From: Candidatus Eiseniibacteriota bacterium
GTDB taxonomy: Bacteria > Eisenbacteria > RBG-16-71-46 > CAVPCR01
Length of the DNA: 64,000 bases
NCBI GenBank assembly: GCA_963823555.1
Contig: CAWGMA010000004.1
Coordinates: 96,001 to 160,000, forward strand
Direction of reading: 5' to 3'
Each line of letters starts with the position of its first letter. Position 1 is the stretch's first letter. The notes under the pieces were generated by a model. It was not told the origin of the DNA. It did not search any database and saw only the letters and a program-made list of their open reading frames with translations. Positions 11,666 through 21,736 of this stretch are shown here, one piece after another. Both the position numbers and the translations under genes were made by a program.

Positions 11666-14395
11666 ATGGAGCATCTCGGGACCCAAGGGCACCTTGGCCA
11701 ACGCGGAAGCTTCAGAATGCTCGCCATGGTTACCGTGGCGGCTGGGGTTCTGATCTTCCGCCTTGCCGCAGCCGAGGCTGATCACGAGATTCCTCGAGAT
11801 CCAGCTGGCTTTTCTCCACGATTCGATGTCGCCGCCTGGGAGTCGGCCGAGAAGATCGCCTCCTTCGAGCGGACCCTGGCCCATCCGCGCCCCCCGACTG
11901 CCAATCAGCTCGACTGGGACGCCACCTACTACCGGCTCGACCTGATCCCGGATCACCCCGCGCGCCTCCTCACCGGCACGGTGGTCGCCGAGGGTCGGGT
12001 TGTCGCCGCGAGCCTCGACCAGGTGGACCTGGACTTGACGGTGAACCTGGTGGTCACGGGGGCGAGGGCAGGAGGCCTCCCAACCTCCTTCACGCATGCC
12101 AACGACATCCTGACGATCGGTCTCGATCGGCCCTACGTGAACGGTGAGATCTTCTCCGTCGCGATCGACTACTACGGTGACCCGGCAGGCGATTATTTCC
12201 GATGGGAGTCCTCGCCCTACGGCCGGCGCTTGACCAGGACCACGTCGGAGCCGTACGGGGCACGCGAGTGGTGGCCGTGCAAGGATCAGGCGGCGGACAA
12301 GGCTGACTCGGTCGACATGCGGGTCAGCGTTCCCCCGGACATGATCGTGGCCGGAAACGGCAAGCTCATGTCCGTGGCCCCGAACGGCGACCTCGTCACC
12401 CATCACTGGCACGAAGGGTACCCGATCGCCACCTACCTCGTGGCCATGGCCATCCATCCCTACCGCCAGTTCTCCGACTGGTACCATTACGCGCCGAGCG
12501 ACTCGATGGAGCTCCAGTTCTTCGCCTATCCCGAGGACTACAACGCGGTCCAGGAGAACTGGGGCAAGGCGAAGGATATGCTCGGGATCTTCGCCGATCG
12601 CTTCGGGGAGTATCCGTTCCTGGCGGAGAAGTACGGACATGCACAGACTCCTGGGGGGATGGAAAACCAGACCTGCTCCTTTCTGGGCTATAGGTACGAA
12701 TCGACGATCGCTCATGAGCTGGCTCATCAGTGGTGGGGGGATTACGTCACCTGCGCGAGCTTCCATCACATCTGGCTCAACGAGGGGTTCGCGACTTACA
12801 GCGAAGCGCTTTACTTGGAAGCGCTCAACGGGGAGCAGGCGCTGCACGAGGCAATGGCGTACAACGTGTACTACGGTCCGGGCACGATCTATGTCGAGGA
12901 TCCGAGCGATCCCGGAGAGATCTTCTCTCCTTTCCTCACCTACAAGAAGGCCTCCTGGGTGGTGCACATGCTCCGCCACGTGGTCGGGGATGAGATCTTT
13001 CTCGATATCCTGCAGCAGTATGGTGCCGCCTTCGCTCACGGCAATGCGACCACGGAGGACTTCCAGGCGGTGGCGGAGAGCGTGTCTGGACGGAACCTGG
13101 GGCCCTTCTTCCAGCAGTGGATCTACGGGGAGGGCTTCCCGATCTACGAGTACGCATGGATGGCAGAGCCACAGGGCGACAGCTGGGAGATGATGCTCAC
13201 CATCGATCAGCTGCAGAGCGGCCAGACCTTCGCCATGCCGATCGACATCGAGATCGTGTTCGCTGATGGTGGCAGCGAGACCCAGGTTGTCAACAACGAC
13301 ATGGCTTCGCAGCAGTTCGTGCTGACCGCGGCCGGGGAACCGGTTCACGTCCGGCTCGACCCGGACGACTGGATCCTCTGCCAGCGGGTGGTCGGGATCA
13401 TGAACCCGACGCTCGATGAGGGCATCCTGCTCGTCAACGGCATCGACTGGGAGCAGTACGGCAGCGAAGCTCTCGCAGCCTATGAGGCCCGTGCCTTCTT
13501 CGGGGACCACGAGATCGCCTTCTGGGATTTCTTCCCGGCCCCGGTGGGTGGTTATCCTCCGACGTTACCGGCACCGCTTGGCCATGGCCCGGGAGCGTCC
13601 TCGGTCATGGGCCGGTACTCGTCGGTGGTCTGGGTCGGCAACCGTTCCAACGGCGATCTGGAGCACTGGCTCGAATCCCCGAACATCCGCTACCTCGAGG
13701 CTGGAGGCAACATTCTGCTCATGCCCAGGAACGGGTATTCGTTCTTCACGGAAGAGCTGAGCGAGTACCTGGGCATCGAATGGACCACCCCCTACGTCCT
13801 GCACGGCGCGACCGCGACTTACCCCGGCCTCCGCGACATGACGCCGATCGGCAGCCAGGACCAGTGCTCTTCCTTCGACAAGGATCGGCTCGGACCCGAG
13901 ACCACCCTCCTCTTTGACGATCCCAGCTACACCCCGCCTGCGGGGATCGGCGCCTGGCGGACGGCAACGGCCGGCGGGGAGTTCGTGTTCCTTTCAGGAC
14001 GACCCTACCGCTGGGATCGCGAGGCGCTGCACGACAACACCGACTTCATCCTGCGAGCGCTCTTCGGTGAGGGGGAGCCCACGACGGTGCCCGACTCGAG
14101 CCCGGCCGGGGCGATCTACGTCTTGCGCCTCGGCCCTTGTGTGCCGAACCCCATGACCGCTTCGACCCGTGTCGGGTTCGAGCTCCCGCACCAGGGACCC
14201 GTATCGATCCGGATCTACGATGTGGCCGGGAGATGGGTGCGCACACTCCTCGATGGCGGCCGGGAGGCCGGTCCTCAGGCTGTGGCCTGGGACGGGCGAA
14301 ACGGTCACGGGCAGCCCGTCGGCTCAGGCGTCTACTACATCCGCCTAGAGGCAAACAGCGGCCAGGATCGACGTCCAGTCATCGTCGTCCGCTAG
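11666..14395 (+). CDS. Secreted M1 family aminopeptidase with a C-terminal FlgD-Ig/T9SS-like sorting domain
   Basis: GGMEN and HELAHQWWG...NEGFA zinc motifs; C-terminal PNP...IYDVAGRWVRTL...WDGRN...SGVYY. The start could be 11717. Confidence 0.9.
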   Translation: MEHLGTQGHLGQRGSFRMLAMVTVAAGVLIFRLAAAEADHEIPRDPAGFSPRFDVAAWESAEKIASFERTLAHPRPPTANQLDWDATYYRLDLIPDHPARLLTGTVVAEGRVVAASLDQVDLDLTVNLVVTGARAGGLPTSFTHANDILTIGLDRPYVNGEIFSVAIDYYGDPAGDYFRWESSPYGRRLTRTTSEPYGAREWWPCKDQAADKADSVDMRVSVPPDMIVAGNGKLMSVAPNGDLVTHHWHEGYPIATYLVAMAIHPYRQFSDWYHYAPSDSMELQFFAYPEDYNAVQENWGKAKDMLGIFADRFGEYPFLAEKYGHAQTPGGMENQTCSFLGYRYESTIAHELAHQWWGDYVTCASFHHIWLNEGFATYSEALYLEALNGEQALHEAMAYNVYYGPGTIYVEDPSDPGEIFSPFLTYKKASWVVHMLRHVVGDEIFLDILQQYGAAFAHGNATTEDFQAVAESVSGRNLGPFFQQWIYGEGFPIYEYAWMAEPQGDSWEMMLTIDQLQSGQTFAMPIDIEIVFADGGSETQVVNNDMASQQFVLTAAGEPVHVRLDPDDWILCQRVVGIMNPTLDEGILLVNGIDWEQYGSEALAAYEARAFFGDHEIAFWDFFPAPVGGYPPTLPAPLGHGPGASSVMGRYSSVVWVGNRSNGDLEHWLESPNIRYLEAGGNILLMPRNGYSFFTEELSEYLGIEWTTPYVLHGATATYPGLRDMTPIGSQDQCSSFDKDRLGPETTLLFDDPSYTPPAGIGAWRTATAGGEFVFLSGRPYRWDREALHDNTDFILRALFGEGEPTTVPDSSPAGAIYVLRLGPCVPNPMTASTRVGFELPHQGPVSIRIYDVAGRWVRTLLDGGREAGPQAVAWDGRNGHGQPVGSGVYYIRLEANSGQDRRPVIVVR

Positions 14396-14439
14396 TCGCT
14401 GTTGTCAACGGACGGCACATGAGTAGGTCTTGGCTAGCT

Positions 14440-14645
14440 TGGCTAGCGGACCCGAAGATTTGCGACCCTCGACAGCCTCCCCCTTTTCCCCCGGAGCCCG
14501 TCGGCGGCGAGGCACACGGCGCACCGACCGGCCACCCCGCTCGGGGTTCGAACCGCGGACTCGCGTTCGGCGGTGGCAGTCCCACGTGCAGTTTCCACGG
14601 CGTCCGACCGCCCAATGCCTGGCTCGGTCGGTATTGGTTGTGGCG
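14440..14645 (-). mobile_element. C-terminal remnant of a second integrase/transposase
   Basis: HNQYRPSQALGGRTP matches the YN..RPH..L.G.TP tail of rve integrases and is followed by PRFEPRAGWPVGAPCASP. Confidence 0.6.
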
Positions 14646-15148
14646 CATGGGATGTTTCATCGGTCATTTGGCGTGAACTGGTGGCAACCGCTGGCGCCAG
14701 CGGGAGCGGTTGGCGAACACGCCGTGGTATCGCACGAGATGGCTGACTCGCGATCGATCTCGCGGAGGCCCGCCGCGACGGCGGCGGATTCGACGATCCG
14801 CTGTTCGCCACCGTCAACGCAGGTTACAGAAGTGACAACGGCGTTGGCGGTCAGCGGTTGGGGTGTAGATCAGACCCCGTCGGCCGTCCTCGTGAAGCCT
14901 CCGGGCGGTGGATTTTCGCTGAGAGCTCGGCATGATCCGTGCTCCTTCTGTCCAATGAAGGAGATGGACGCAGCAGACGGGGAGTGGGAGCCTGTCTGGC
15001 TGACGTCGAAGACGAAGACACGATCGCCGTTGCCTACTGCCGACTGCGCTGCGAGCGAGTGGGGGCGCTCGTTCGAGGTGGTGGACGGGTTGGCCGAGGG
15101 CTGTTCTCAGGAGAGCGGACGCGACGATGTCCGGGGGGCGGACCTGGC

Positions 15149-15283
15149 CACGAACGCGTTTGCAGGAGGTGGGTTCCGCTCGTGCAGGCGACCGCGTTTG
15201 CGCGGGCGGCGGCGGGTCTCGTCACGAACGCGTTTGCTGCGGTGGGAGAGTGAGCTTGAACCGGCATCGCAGAACGCGTCAGC
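15149..15283 (+). repeat. Short degenerate direct repeats CACGAACGCGTTTGC
   Basis: Identical 15-mers at 15149 and 15223, a variant CGACCGCGTTTGC at 15189 and a partial GAACGCGT at 15272; the first three are ~37 nt apart. Confidence 0.5.
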
Positions 15284-15302
15284 GCAGGGCTAGGGTCCGG
15301 AC

Positions 15303-15465
15303 GAGTCGCCCGGCCAGGGAGCGCTCTGGCTGCCAATTGGGTGGCACTTCGCCTGGAACGCGGCCCAGGGCTGGCTCTTCGGGTGCGCCGTGACGCTCGT
15401 CCTCTACCTGAGGTTCATCCCGGCGCGCCGCCTGCCGGATCAGGCGCCCGACGGGCCGACCGCGA
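15303..15465 (+). pseudogene. Diverged, internally deleted copy of the 3' end of the CPBP protease gene
   Basis: It matches 10747-10822 joined to 10940-11017 through a TGA microhomology. Confidence 0.85.
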
Positions 15466-16654
15466 TATCGACTCCGATCGCTTCGTGATCGGAGAGCGGG
15501 CGCTCGCCATTGTCGCGGTACTCGCGGATCACGACTGGATTCCGGGCGCTGAGGTCCCGGGTGGCGAACCAGTCCAGCTTGAGCGGACAGCGGCCGCCGT
15601 GGTTGCGGAGCGCCCAGCGGATGAACGCGAAGCACCACCCCGGCACCCATTCGCCGAGGCTCCGCCTCGTCCTGAGATCGGCGATGTCGTAGCTGAGGGT
15701 GGGTTCGCCGAGCACGTTCGAGCGGCGATAGTCGAAGCCGCGGCGTTCGAGGAGGTGGAAGAGCTCGCGCTCGAAGCGCGCCTCCGGATGGAGATAGTGG
15801 CTCCGGATGACGTGGTCGACCCCCATCAGCACGCGCCGCCAGAAGCCGAGAATGGCGGGGAGGGCGTGCGATGAGTTGTAGGTCGATGTGTTCCAGTCGC
15901 CCCCGATGACCGCCGGCCCGTCGTCGCCGATACCGTCGATCACGTCCTGGATCTGGTCGTGCCGGTGGCGGCGCGTGGATTGCGCGTCGAGATGGGTGGT
16001 GACCGCGATGAGGCGGGCGTTCGGGAACTCGATCTCGGCGGCGAGCGCCTGCTTCAAGCCGAGGCGTTTCTCGCGCCCGGTCATCTTGTCCTTGCCGTTC
16101 TCGAGCTGGATCGGCCACACCCGCGAGAACGGATAGCGGGAGAGCAAGGCGTTGCCATGCAGGCCGAGCGTGTTCTCTCCGCTGGCGAAGTACTCGATTC
16201 CCGCGCCCTTCGACAGGTTGATGTAGGACGGGATGAACGCGTAGTGCATGCCGAGAGCCTGGGCGATCTCGCGCGCGACGGCTCGATTCCCGGAGCGTGC
16301 CATGCCGACATCGGTCTCGGTCAGCATGAGGACGTCCGCGGTGCTCAGGTACGGATGCGTGCGGAGCGCCTGGATCTGACGGTCGAGCTCGATGCCGCGC
16401 TCCAGGTTCCAGGCGAGGAACCGGTAGCGGGGCCGCGCCGGGGCCGGCCCGGGCGAGAAGCTCCCGGTCTCCGGTGTGGAGAGCACGCGGCGCACGAGGG
16501 GGGCGATCCGCGAATAGAGCGGATGCCGCGCGAGCTCGGCGCTCGACCGGCAACGCGCTAGCGTGGCGAAATGCGGGGCGATCTCGCTGCGGATGAGCGC
16601 GTGGATCTCGAGATCGGTGGGACTCGGAGCGATGTGTTCTTCGATTGAGATCAT
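15440..16654 (-). CDS. Endonuclease/exonuclease/phosphatase (EEP) family protein
   Basis: AWNLERG, LTETD, GNALLSR, THL, GGDWN, LDW and SDH motifs. Confidence 0.88.
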   Translation of the reverse strand: MISIEEHIAPSPTDLEIHALIRSEIAPHFATLARCRSSAELARHPLYSRIAPLVRRVLSTPETGSFSPGPAPARPRYRFLAWNLERGIELDRQIQALRTHPYLSTADVLMLTETDVGMARSGNRAVAREIAQALGMHYAFIPSYINLSKGAGIEYFASGENTLGLHGNALLSRYPFSRVWPIQLENGKDKMTGREKRLGLKQALAAEIEFPNARLIAVTTHLDAQSTRRHRHDQIQDVIDGIGDDGPAVIGGDWNTSTYNSSHALPAILGFWRRVLMGVDHVIRSHYLHPEARFERELFHLLERRGFDYRRSNVLGEPTLSYDIADLRTRRSLGEWVPGWCFAFIRWALRNHGGRCPLKLDWFATRDLSARNPVVIREYRDNGERPLSDHEAIGVDIAVGPSGA

Positions 16655-16675
16655 GATGGCGTTGGTTCGGGGACC

Positions 16676-17887
16676 TCAAGCGGGTGGTGCTGAGGGACGA
16701 GCGGCAAGCGCACGAGCCAGACGTCGATACTGGGGGCCGGCATTATACAGCTGGGCCGAGATCCGTACCAGCCGTTTGGGTGGTGCGGGCCAAGTGATGA
16801 TGGGAACCTCGATTGCATGCTCGGTGAAGAGAGCGGCCTGGAGCGGGTCGGCGGCGGTGGCGGTCGCCGCGGCCGGAAATCCCGGGGGCAGGGGGATCGC
16901 CGCCAGGGATCCGATCATCTCATCCGGGCAGGGTGGGGGCACCTCGAGCGCGGCGCAGAGGAGGGCGCGGGCCTCGATGGCGAGCTCCCGGTTCCGCCGC
17001 ATGACCTCGGGCCAGCCCCCGGGGACAAGAGAGCCCACGACGCGGATCGCCTCCGGCACGCAGAGATAGGCGGTCGGATCGTCGGTGCCGGTCCAGTCGA
17101 ACTCGAGCCGGAAGCGGGAGCGATCGGCGCGCGGCGAGTTCATCCCGTGGCTGATCGTCACCGGGTGAATATCGGCCTGGCGGTCCCGGCGAACGTGAAG
17201 GAACGCGGCTCCCTTCGGCGCGCAGATCCACTTGTGGCAGTTCCCGGTCGTGTAGGCAGCGCCGAGCGCTTGGATGTCGAGGGACACCATGCCCGGAGCG
17301 TGGGCGGCATCGACGAGCGTGTCGATGCCCCGGCTCTCGAGCTCCCGCACCAGACGAGCGATGGGGAAGATGATCCCGGTCGGGCTCGTCACGTAGTCGA
17401 TGAGCGCGAGCCTTGTGCGCGCCGTGACCGCGCCGAGGATCGCCTCGACGACGCGCGCGGGCGAATCGACGGGGAAGGGCACCCGGGCCACGACCACCCG
17501 CGCCCCGCCCCGGGCGGCCACATACTCGAGGGCGTTGCGGCAGGCGTTGTAGGCGTGGTCGGTGGTGAGGATCTCGTCCCCCGCCGCCAGGCGGAGCGAG
17601 CGCAGGACCGCGTTCACTCCGGTCGTCGCGTTGGGGACGAAGGCGAGGTCGTCGGGATCGGCGCCGACGAAGGCGGCGAGCTCGGCGCGGGCGTGATCGA
17701 GGAGCCCCTCGATCTCGCGGCCGAGGAAGCGGACCGGCTCGCTCTCGAGCCGCGCGCGCAGCTCCTGCTGCATGGCCAGGACTGCGGTCGGGCAGGCGCC
17801 GAAAGACCCGTGATTGAGGAACTGGATGTCGGGGTCGAGGGACCAGTGGCGCGCGAGCGGGGAGGCGCCGGCAGCAACGGAGTTCAT
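16676..17887 (-). CDS. Class V PLP aminotransferase, isopenicillin-N-epimerase/L-cysteine desulfhydrase-like
   Basis: FLNHGSFGACP, NATTG, DAAHAPG and GNCHKW motifs. Confidence 0.88.
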   Translation of the reverse strand: MNSVAAGASPLARHWSLDPDIQFLNHGSFGACPTAVLAMQQELRARLESEPVRFLGREIEGLLDHARAELAAFVGADPDDLAFVPNATTGVNAVLRSLRLAAGDEILTTDHAYNACRNALEYVAARGGARVVVARVPFPVDSPARVVEAILGAVTARTRLALIDYVTSPTGIIFPIARLVRELESRGIDTLVDAAHAPGMVSLDIQALGAAYTTGNCHKWICAPKGAAFLHVRRDRQADIHPVTISHGMNSPRADRSRFRLEFDWTGTDDPTAYLCVPEAIRVVGSLVPGGWPEVMRRNRELAIEARALLCAALEVPPPCPDEMIGSLAAIPLPPGFPAAATATAADPLQAALFTEHAIEVPIITWPAPPKRLVRISAQLYNAGPQYRRLARALAARPSAPPA

Positions 17888-18047
17888 GAGGGCCAGGAGT
17901 CTACCATGGGGCTCCACTGCGGGTGGTGACGCCTGGCCGTGAAGGACGGGTATAATGGTCGCTGGTCCCCCCTGAACGATGCGCCCCGGAGCCGGTTCCC
18001 GGCCTCGACCCGGCTGCCGTGGCGGCGCGCGAGAGAGGAACTCGAAG

Positions 18048-18842
18048 ATGCGATCGCGTCGAATCGCCCTCCTGCTCGGACTCGCCGGGCTCGTCCTGAG
18101 CCTGCCGGCCGCGGCCGGACCCGAATGTGCTTCCCACGATACTCCGGTGGCCACGGCCTCCGCCGAGACCCAGGCGGCCCAGGCTCCGGTCCCGGCTGAG
18201 CTCAAGGCCGAGGTGCCCGAGCTCGACCAGTTGCACGAGGTCATCCGGCCGCTCTGGCACGACGCGTGGCCCGAGAAGGACTACGCGCTCATGAAGGAGC
18301 TCTTGCCGCAGGTGAAGAAGGACGTCGCCGCGGTCGAGGCGGCGAAGCTCCCGGGAATCCTCCGTGACAAGCAGCCGGCGTGGGATGCGGGGGTCGAGAA
18401 GCTCACCGCCTCCACCGCCGCGTACGAGGCGGCGGTGGCCGCCGACGATGAGAAGGCGATGCTCGACTCCGTGGAGGTGCTGCATTCGGATTTCGAATCG
18501 CTCATCCGCACCATTCGACCCCGATCCGCGGAGCTCGAGGCGTATCACGTCGTTCTCTACCAGATCTACCACCATCATGGGCCGGCCAAGCAGCTGGATG
18601 CCCTGCGTCCGGCCGCGGCGGAGCTTGCCGCCAAGTGCGATGCCCTGGCCAAGACCGGGGCCCCGAGCCGCATCGCCGGCGATGAGGCCAAGACCAAGGC
18701 GTACGATGCCGAGGTGGCGGTTCTTTGCGGCAAGACGCAAGATCTCGTGAAGACAGCGGATGGCGGGGACTGGCAGGCGATCGCACCGGCCATCGAGACC
18801 GTGCATTCTCAGTACCTCGCGGTCGAGGGTTTGCTCGAGTAG
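18048..18842 (+). CDS. Secreted helical hypothetical protein with an internal duplication
   Basis: Signal peptide; two similar His-containing helical halves; TATAAT at 17951 upstream. Confidence 0.75.
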   Translation: MRSRRIALLLGLAGLVLSLPAAAGPECASHDTPVATASAETQAAQAPVPAELKAEVPELDQLHEVIRPLWHDAWPEKDYALMKELLPQVKKDVAAVEAAKLPGILRDKQPAWDAGVEKLTASTAAYEAAVAADDEKAMLDSVEVLHSDFESLIRTIRPRSAELEAYHVVLYQIYHHHGPAKQLDALRPAAAELAAKCDALAKTGAPSRIAGDEAKTKAYDAEVAVLCGKTQDLVKTADGGDWQAIAPAIETVHSQYLAVEGLLE

Positions 18843-18883
18843 GCAGTTCGGATGAACGCGGTCCGAGTTCAAGAGTGACTCCC

Positions 18884-19645
18884 ATGGAGACCATCGCCCG
18901 CGCCGCGGGCCTCATCGCGGCCTCCCGCCGGATGGTGGCGCTCACCGGCGCCGGCATCTCCACCGAGTCCGGGATTCCCGATTTCCGGAGCCCGACCGGT
19001 GTCTGGACCAAGTACGACCCGGAGGAATTCTCCTATCAGAACTTCCTCGCGCGCTCCACGGCGCGGCGGAAGTACTGGCGCTGGAGTTGCGAGATGTACC
19101 CGCTCATGCGCGACGCCGAGCCGAATGCCGGCCATCTGGCGCTGGTCGATCTCGAGCGCAGGGGGATCCTGCGCTGCGTCATCACCCAGAACATCGATGG
19201 GTTGCATCAGCGGGCGGGCTCGAGCGACGTCATCGAGCTCCACGGCAACGCCATGCGCGCGGGTTGCCTCGGCTGCGGCAAGGAATGGCCCCGCGACGAC
19301 GTGCAGCGCTGGTTAGAGGAGGACGGGGTCGAGGAGCCGACCTGCGATGCCTGCGGCGGACCGCTCAAGCCGAAGACGATCTCCTTCGGTCAGGCCATGC
19401 CCGAGGCGGAGACCCGGCGCGCCTTCATGGAGGTGGGTGCCTGCGATCTCCTGCTCGTGATCGGATCCTCGCTCGTGGTCTTTCCCGCTGCTTCCCTGGT
19501 GCCGGCGGCGAAGCAGGTCGGGGCGAGCATCGTTCTCGTCAACATGGTGCCCACGGACCTCGACGAGATCGCCGATGTCGTCCTTTGCGGCAAGGCCGGC
19601 GAGATGTTGCCCGCGATCACGGCGTGGCTCGAAACGCGGCGCTAG
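18884..19645 (+). CDS. cobB: NAD-dependent protein deacylase (Sir2 family)
   Basis: GAGISTESGIPDFR, TQNIDGLH, ELHGN, two CxxC pairs and GSSL. Confidence 0.92.
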   Translation: METIARAAGLIAASRRMVALTGAGISTESGIPDFRSPTGVWTKYDPEEFSYQNFLARSTARRKYWRWSCEMYPLMRDAEPNAGHLALVDLERRGILRCVITQNIDGLHQRAGSSDVIELHGNAMRAGCLGCGKEWPRDDVQRWLEEDGVEEPTCDACGGPLKPKTISFGQAMPEAETRRAFMEVGACDLLLVIGSSLVVFPAASLVPAAKQVGASIVLVNMVPTDLDEIADVVLCGKAGEMLPAITAWLETRR

Positions 19646-19700
19646 CGATGGTGGGAGGGGCGCGCACCGCGCGCAGCGGCGCGCGCCCCGCTCCGCCAGC

Positions 19701-20225
19701 CTACATGCCCCACAGCTGCATGGTGTTGACGTCCTTGCCCTGCAGCTTCAGGTAGTAGAAGAGCTGACCCTTGTGCTGCCCGAGGTGGTGGATCATGCTC
19801 ATCAGGTGCTGGAACAGCGTGACCTCGGGGCCGCCCCAGGGAGCCGCCATCTTCTTGGTGAGCAGGTTCGGCTCCCCGGCCTTGGCGATGTACTCGAGGG
19901 CGACCGCCTTGTCCGCGGCGAGCTCCTTCAAGGCCGCATCGATGCTCGCCGCCGCGGGCATCTTCTCCGCCGGCGGGAGCATCTGATCCGGCGGCAGGTC
20001 CTCCATCTTCATCCCCTCCGGCATCCCCCAATCCCCGCTGACGAAGCCCTTGATCGCCATTCCGCAGGCGTTGGTGCAATGCTGGACGAGCTGCCCGGTG
20101 GTCATCCAGTTCTTGCCCGTGGCCGGCTTCCAGCCGAGCTGGTCGGGATCGACCATGCGAATCAGGTTCTCGGTTGCGGCATACATGCCGTTCGTTTCCT
20201 GCCTGAGGACATCGGTCAGCGTCAT
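19701..20225 (-). CDS. DinB family protein
   Basis: LGWKP..NWMTTGQLVQH and HLGQHKGQLFYYLK motifs. Confidence 0.82.
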   Translation of the reverse strand: MTLTDVLRQETNGMYAATENLIRMVDPDQLGWKPATGKNWMTTGQLVQHCTNACGMAIKGFVSGDWGMPEGMKMEDLPPDQMLPPAEKMPAAASIDAALKELAADKAVALEYIAKAGEPNLLTKKMAAPWGGPEVTLFQHLMSMIHHLGQHKGQLFYYLKLQGKDVNTMQLWGM

Positions 20226-20317
20226 GACCATTATCTCCTTGCGTTCATGATCGACGAGTACGGTGACGGGGGGTGATCGGACGAGTTCGTAACGTGTCCG
20301 GCCGACCAGAGGTTGCG

Positions 20318-21676
20318 CTAGGTGCCCGAAACGGCGAGCTCGCGCACGCGGAAGGTCGGCGTCTTGGTGGCGTGGTCCCAGACGAGGTCGTCAGCGACGG
20401 CGTCCACGCCCGAGAGGATCTCCTCGAGCGAGCCGGCCACCGTCACCCGCGCCACGGCCGATGTCGGCTTGCCCTTCTCGATCCAGAGCCCGCTGGCCGC
20501 GCTCGAGAACTGCGGGTTCGAAGGGTCCATCCCGATCCACCATCCCGCGAGGTTCCATATCCACAGCCCCTTCTCGATCGGGGCCACGAGCTCCTCGACG
20601 GCCATCGTGCCCGGCACCATGGTGAGGTTGCTCGAGCGGATCTCCGGGAGCCCGGCATAGCCGCCGCGCCGCGAGTTGCCGTTCGATGCCGTTCCCATTC
20701 GCTTCGCTGCGGTGAGATCGAGGAGCATTCCCGACACCTTGCCCTTGTCGAGAAGGGTCACGTCACGCGTGTCGACTCCTTCGCCGTCGAACGGGGCGCT
20801 GGCCAGTCCGCCGCGCCGCCGCCCGTCATCGTGGATGGTGACGAGCGTGCTCCCGATCGCCGCCGCCCCGCGCTCGGCGAGCCATGATCGGTTCTTGCTC
20901 AGATGGTCGCCGTTGAGCGCCACGGCGAGGCGCAGGAGGAGCGTCCACCCGACATCGGTGCTGAAGACGACAGGGTAGCGGCCGGTTGGTACCGGCCGTC
21001 CACCGATGAGCTTGATCGCCCGCTCTGCCGCGCGCTTTCCGATCTCCTCGGGTGCGGCGAGATCCTGCCAGCGCGTCGCCTCGAACGAATAGTCCCCGGG
21101 CTGCAACTCGCCCTCGGCTTCGGCAATGACGCTGACGCCGGCCTGGGCATAGCTCTGGCGATAGTGGCGGAAGAGCCCGCGCGTGCTGGCGATCCAGCTC
21201 GAGCTGAGGGTCTCGTCGAAACTGGCGCCGTCGCTGCGACGGATCCTGGCGTCGACGGCGCGGGCAGCTGCTTCGGCGGCCCGTGCGCGGTCGATCTTCT
21301 CGTCGATCGAGTGCGTCTCGAGCGCTGGATCGAGGAGGGCGAGGGCCTCGCCCTCATCGCGGCCATCCCCCGGGCCGGTGGGTTCGGGGAGGACCAGATC
21401 ATCGCGCGGACTCGCGGCGCGCGCCAGCTCGAGCGCCTTCTCGGCGGCGGGCTTGACGCCGTCGGCATCGAGGGTCGTGGTATGGGCGAAACCGAGGCGG
21501 CCATCCTTCATGGCGCGGACGCCGAGGCCCCGGACGTCGGCACGCGAAATCGTTTCGAGTATTCCATCCCGCACCCGAATGCCGAGCTGGCGACTCTCCT
21601 CGAGGTAGGCATCCCCCTCGGCACCACCCTTCTTGAGCACATCGAGCACCTGATCGAGCAGCGATCGCACGTCCAC
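20318..21676 (-). CDS. pmbA: PmbA/TldE protease subunit
   Basis: GLGVRAMKDGRLGFA, PFDGEG and SNGN motifs; no HExxxH; lies downstream of tldD. Confidence 0.88.
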   Translation of the reverse strand: MDVRSLLDQVLDVLKKGGAEGDAYLEESRQLGIRVRDGILETISRADVRGLGVRAMKDGRLGFAHTTTLDADGVKPAAEKALELARAASPRDDLVLPEPTGPGDGRDEGEALALLDPALETHSIDEKIDRARAAEAAARAVDARIRRSDGASFDETLSSSWIASTRGLFRHYRQSYAQAGVSVIAEAEGELQPGDYSFEATRWQDLAAPEEIGKRAAERAIKLIGGRPVPTGRYPVVFSTDVGWTLLLRLAVALNGDHLSKNRSWLAERGAAAIGSTLVTIHDDGRRRGGLASAPFDGEGVDTRDVTLLDKGKVSGMLLDLTAAKRMGTASNGNSRRGGYAGLPEIRSSNLTMVPGTMAVEELVAPIEKGLWIWNLAGWWIGMDPSNPQFSSAASGLWIEKGKPTSAVARVTVAGSLEEILSGVDAVADDLVWDHATKTPTFRVRELAVSGT

Positions 21677-21736
21677 TTCCAGCCTCCTCTGCCCTCCCCG
21701 CCGCGTGGCCGGAGCGCCCGGCGTCGTCGGCCGGGG

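Noticed and set aside
14930..15070. Cys-containing fragment (CSFCPMKEM...DCAASEW)
   Set aside because: It has no clear start or intact frame and is probably debris inside the insert; no product can be supported.
16676..17887. Beta-lactam biosynthesis implied by isopenicillin N epimerase similarity
   Set aside because: The family is widespread, and no ACV synthetase or IPNS genes are in the window.
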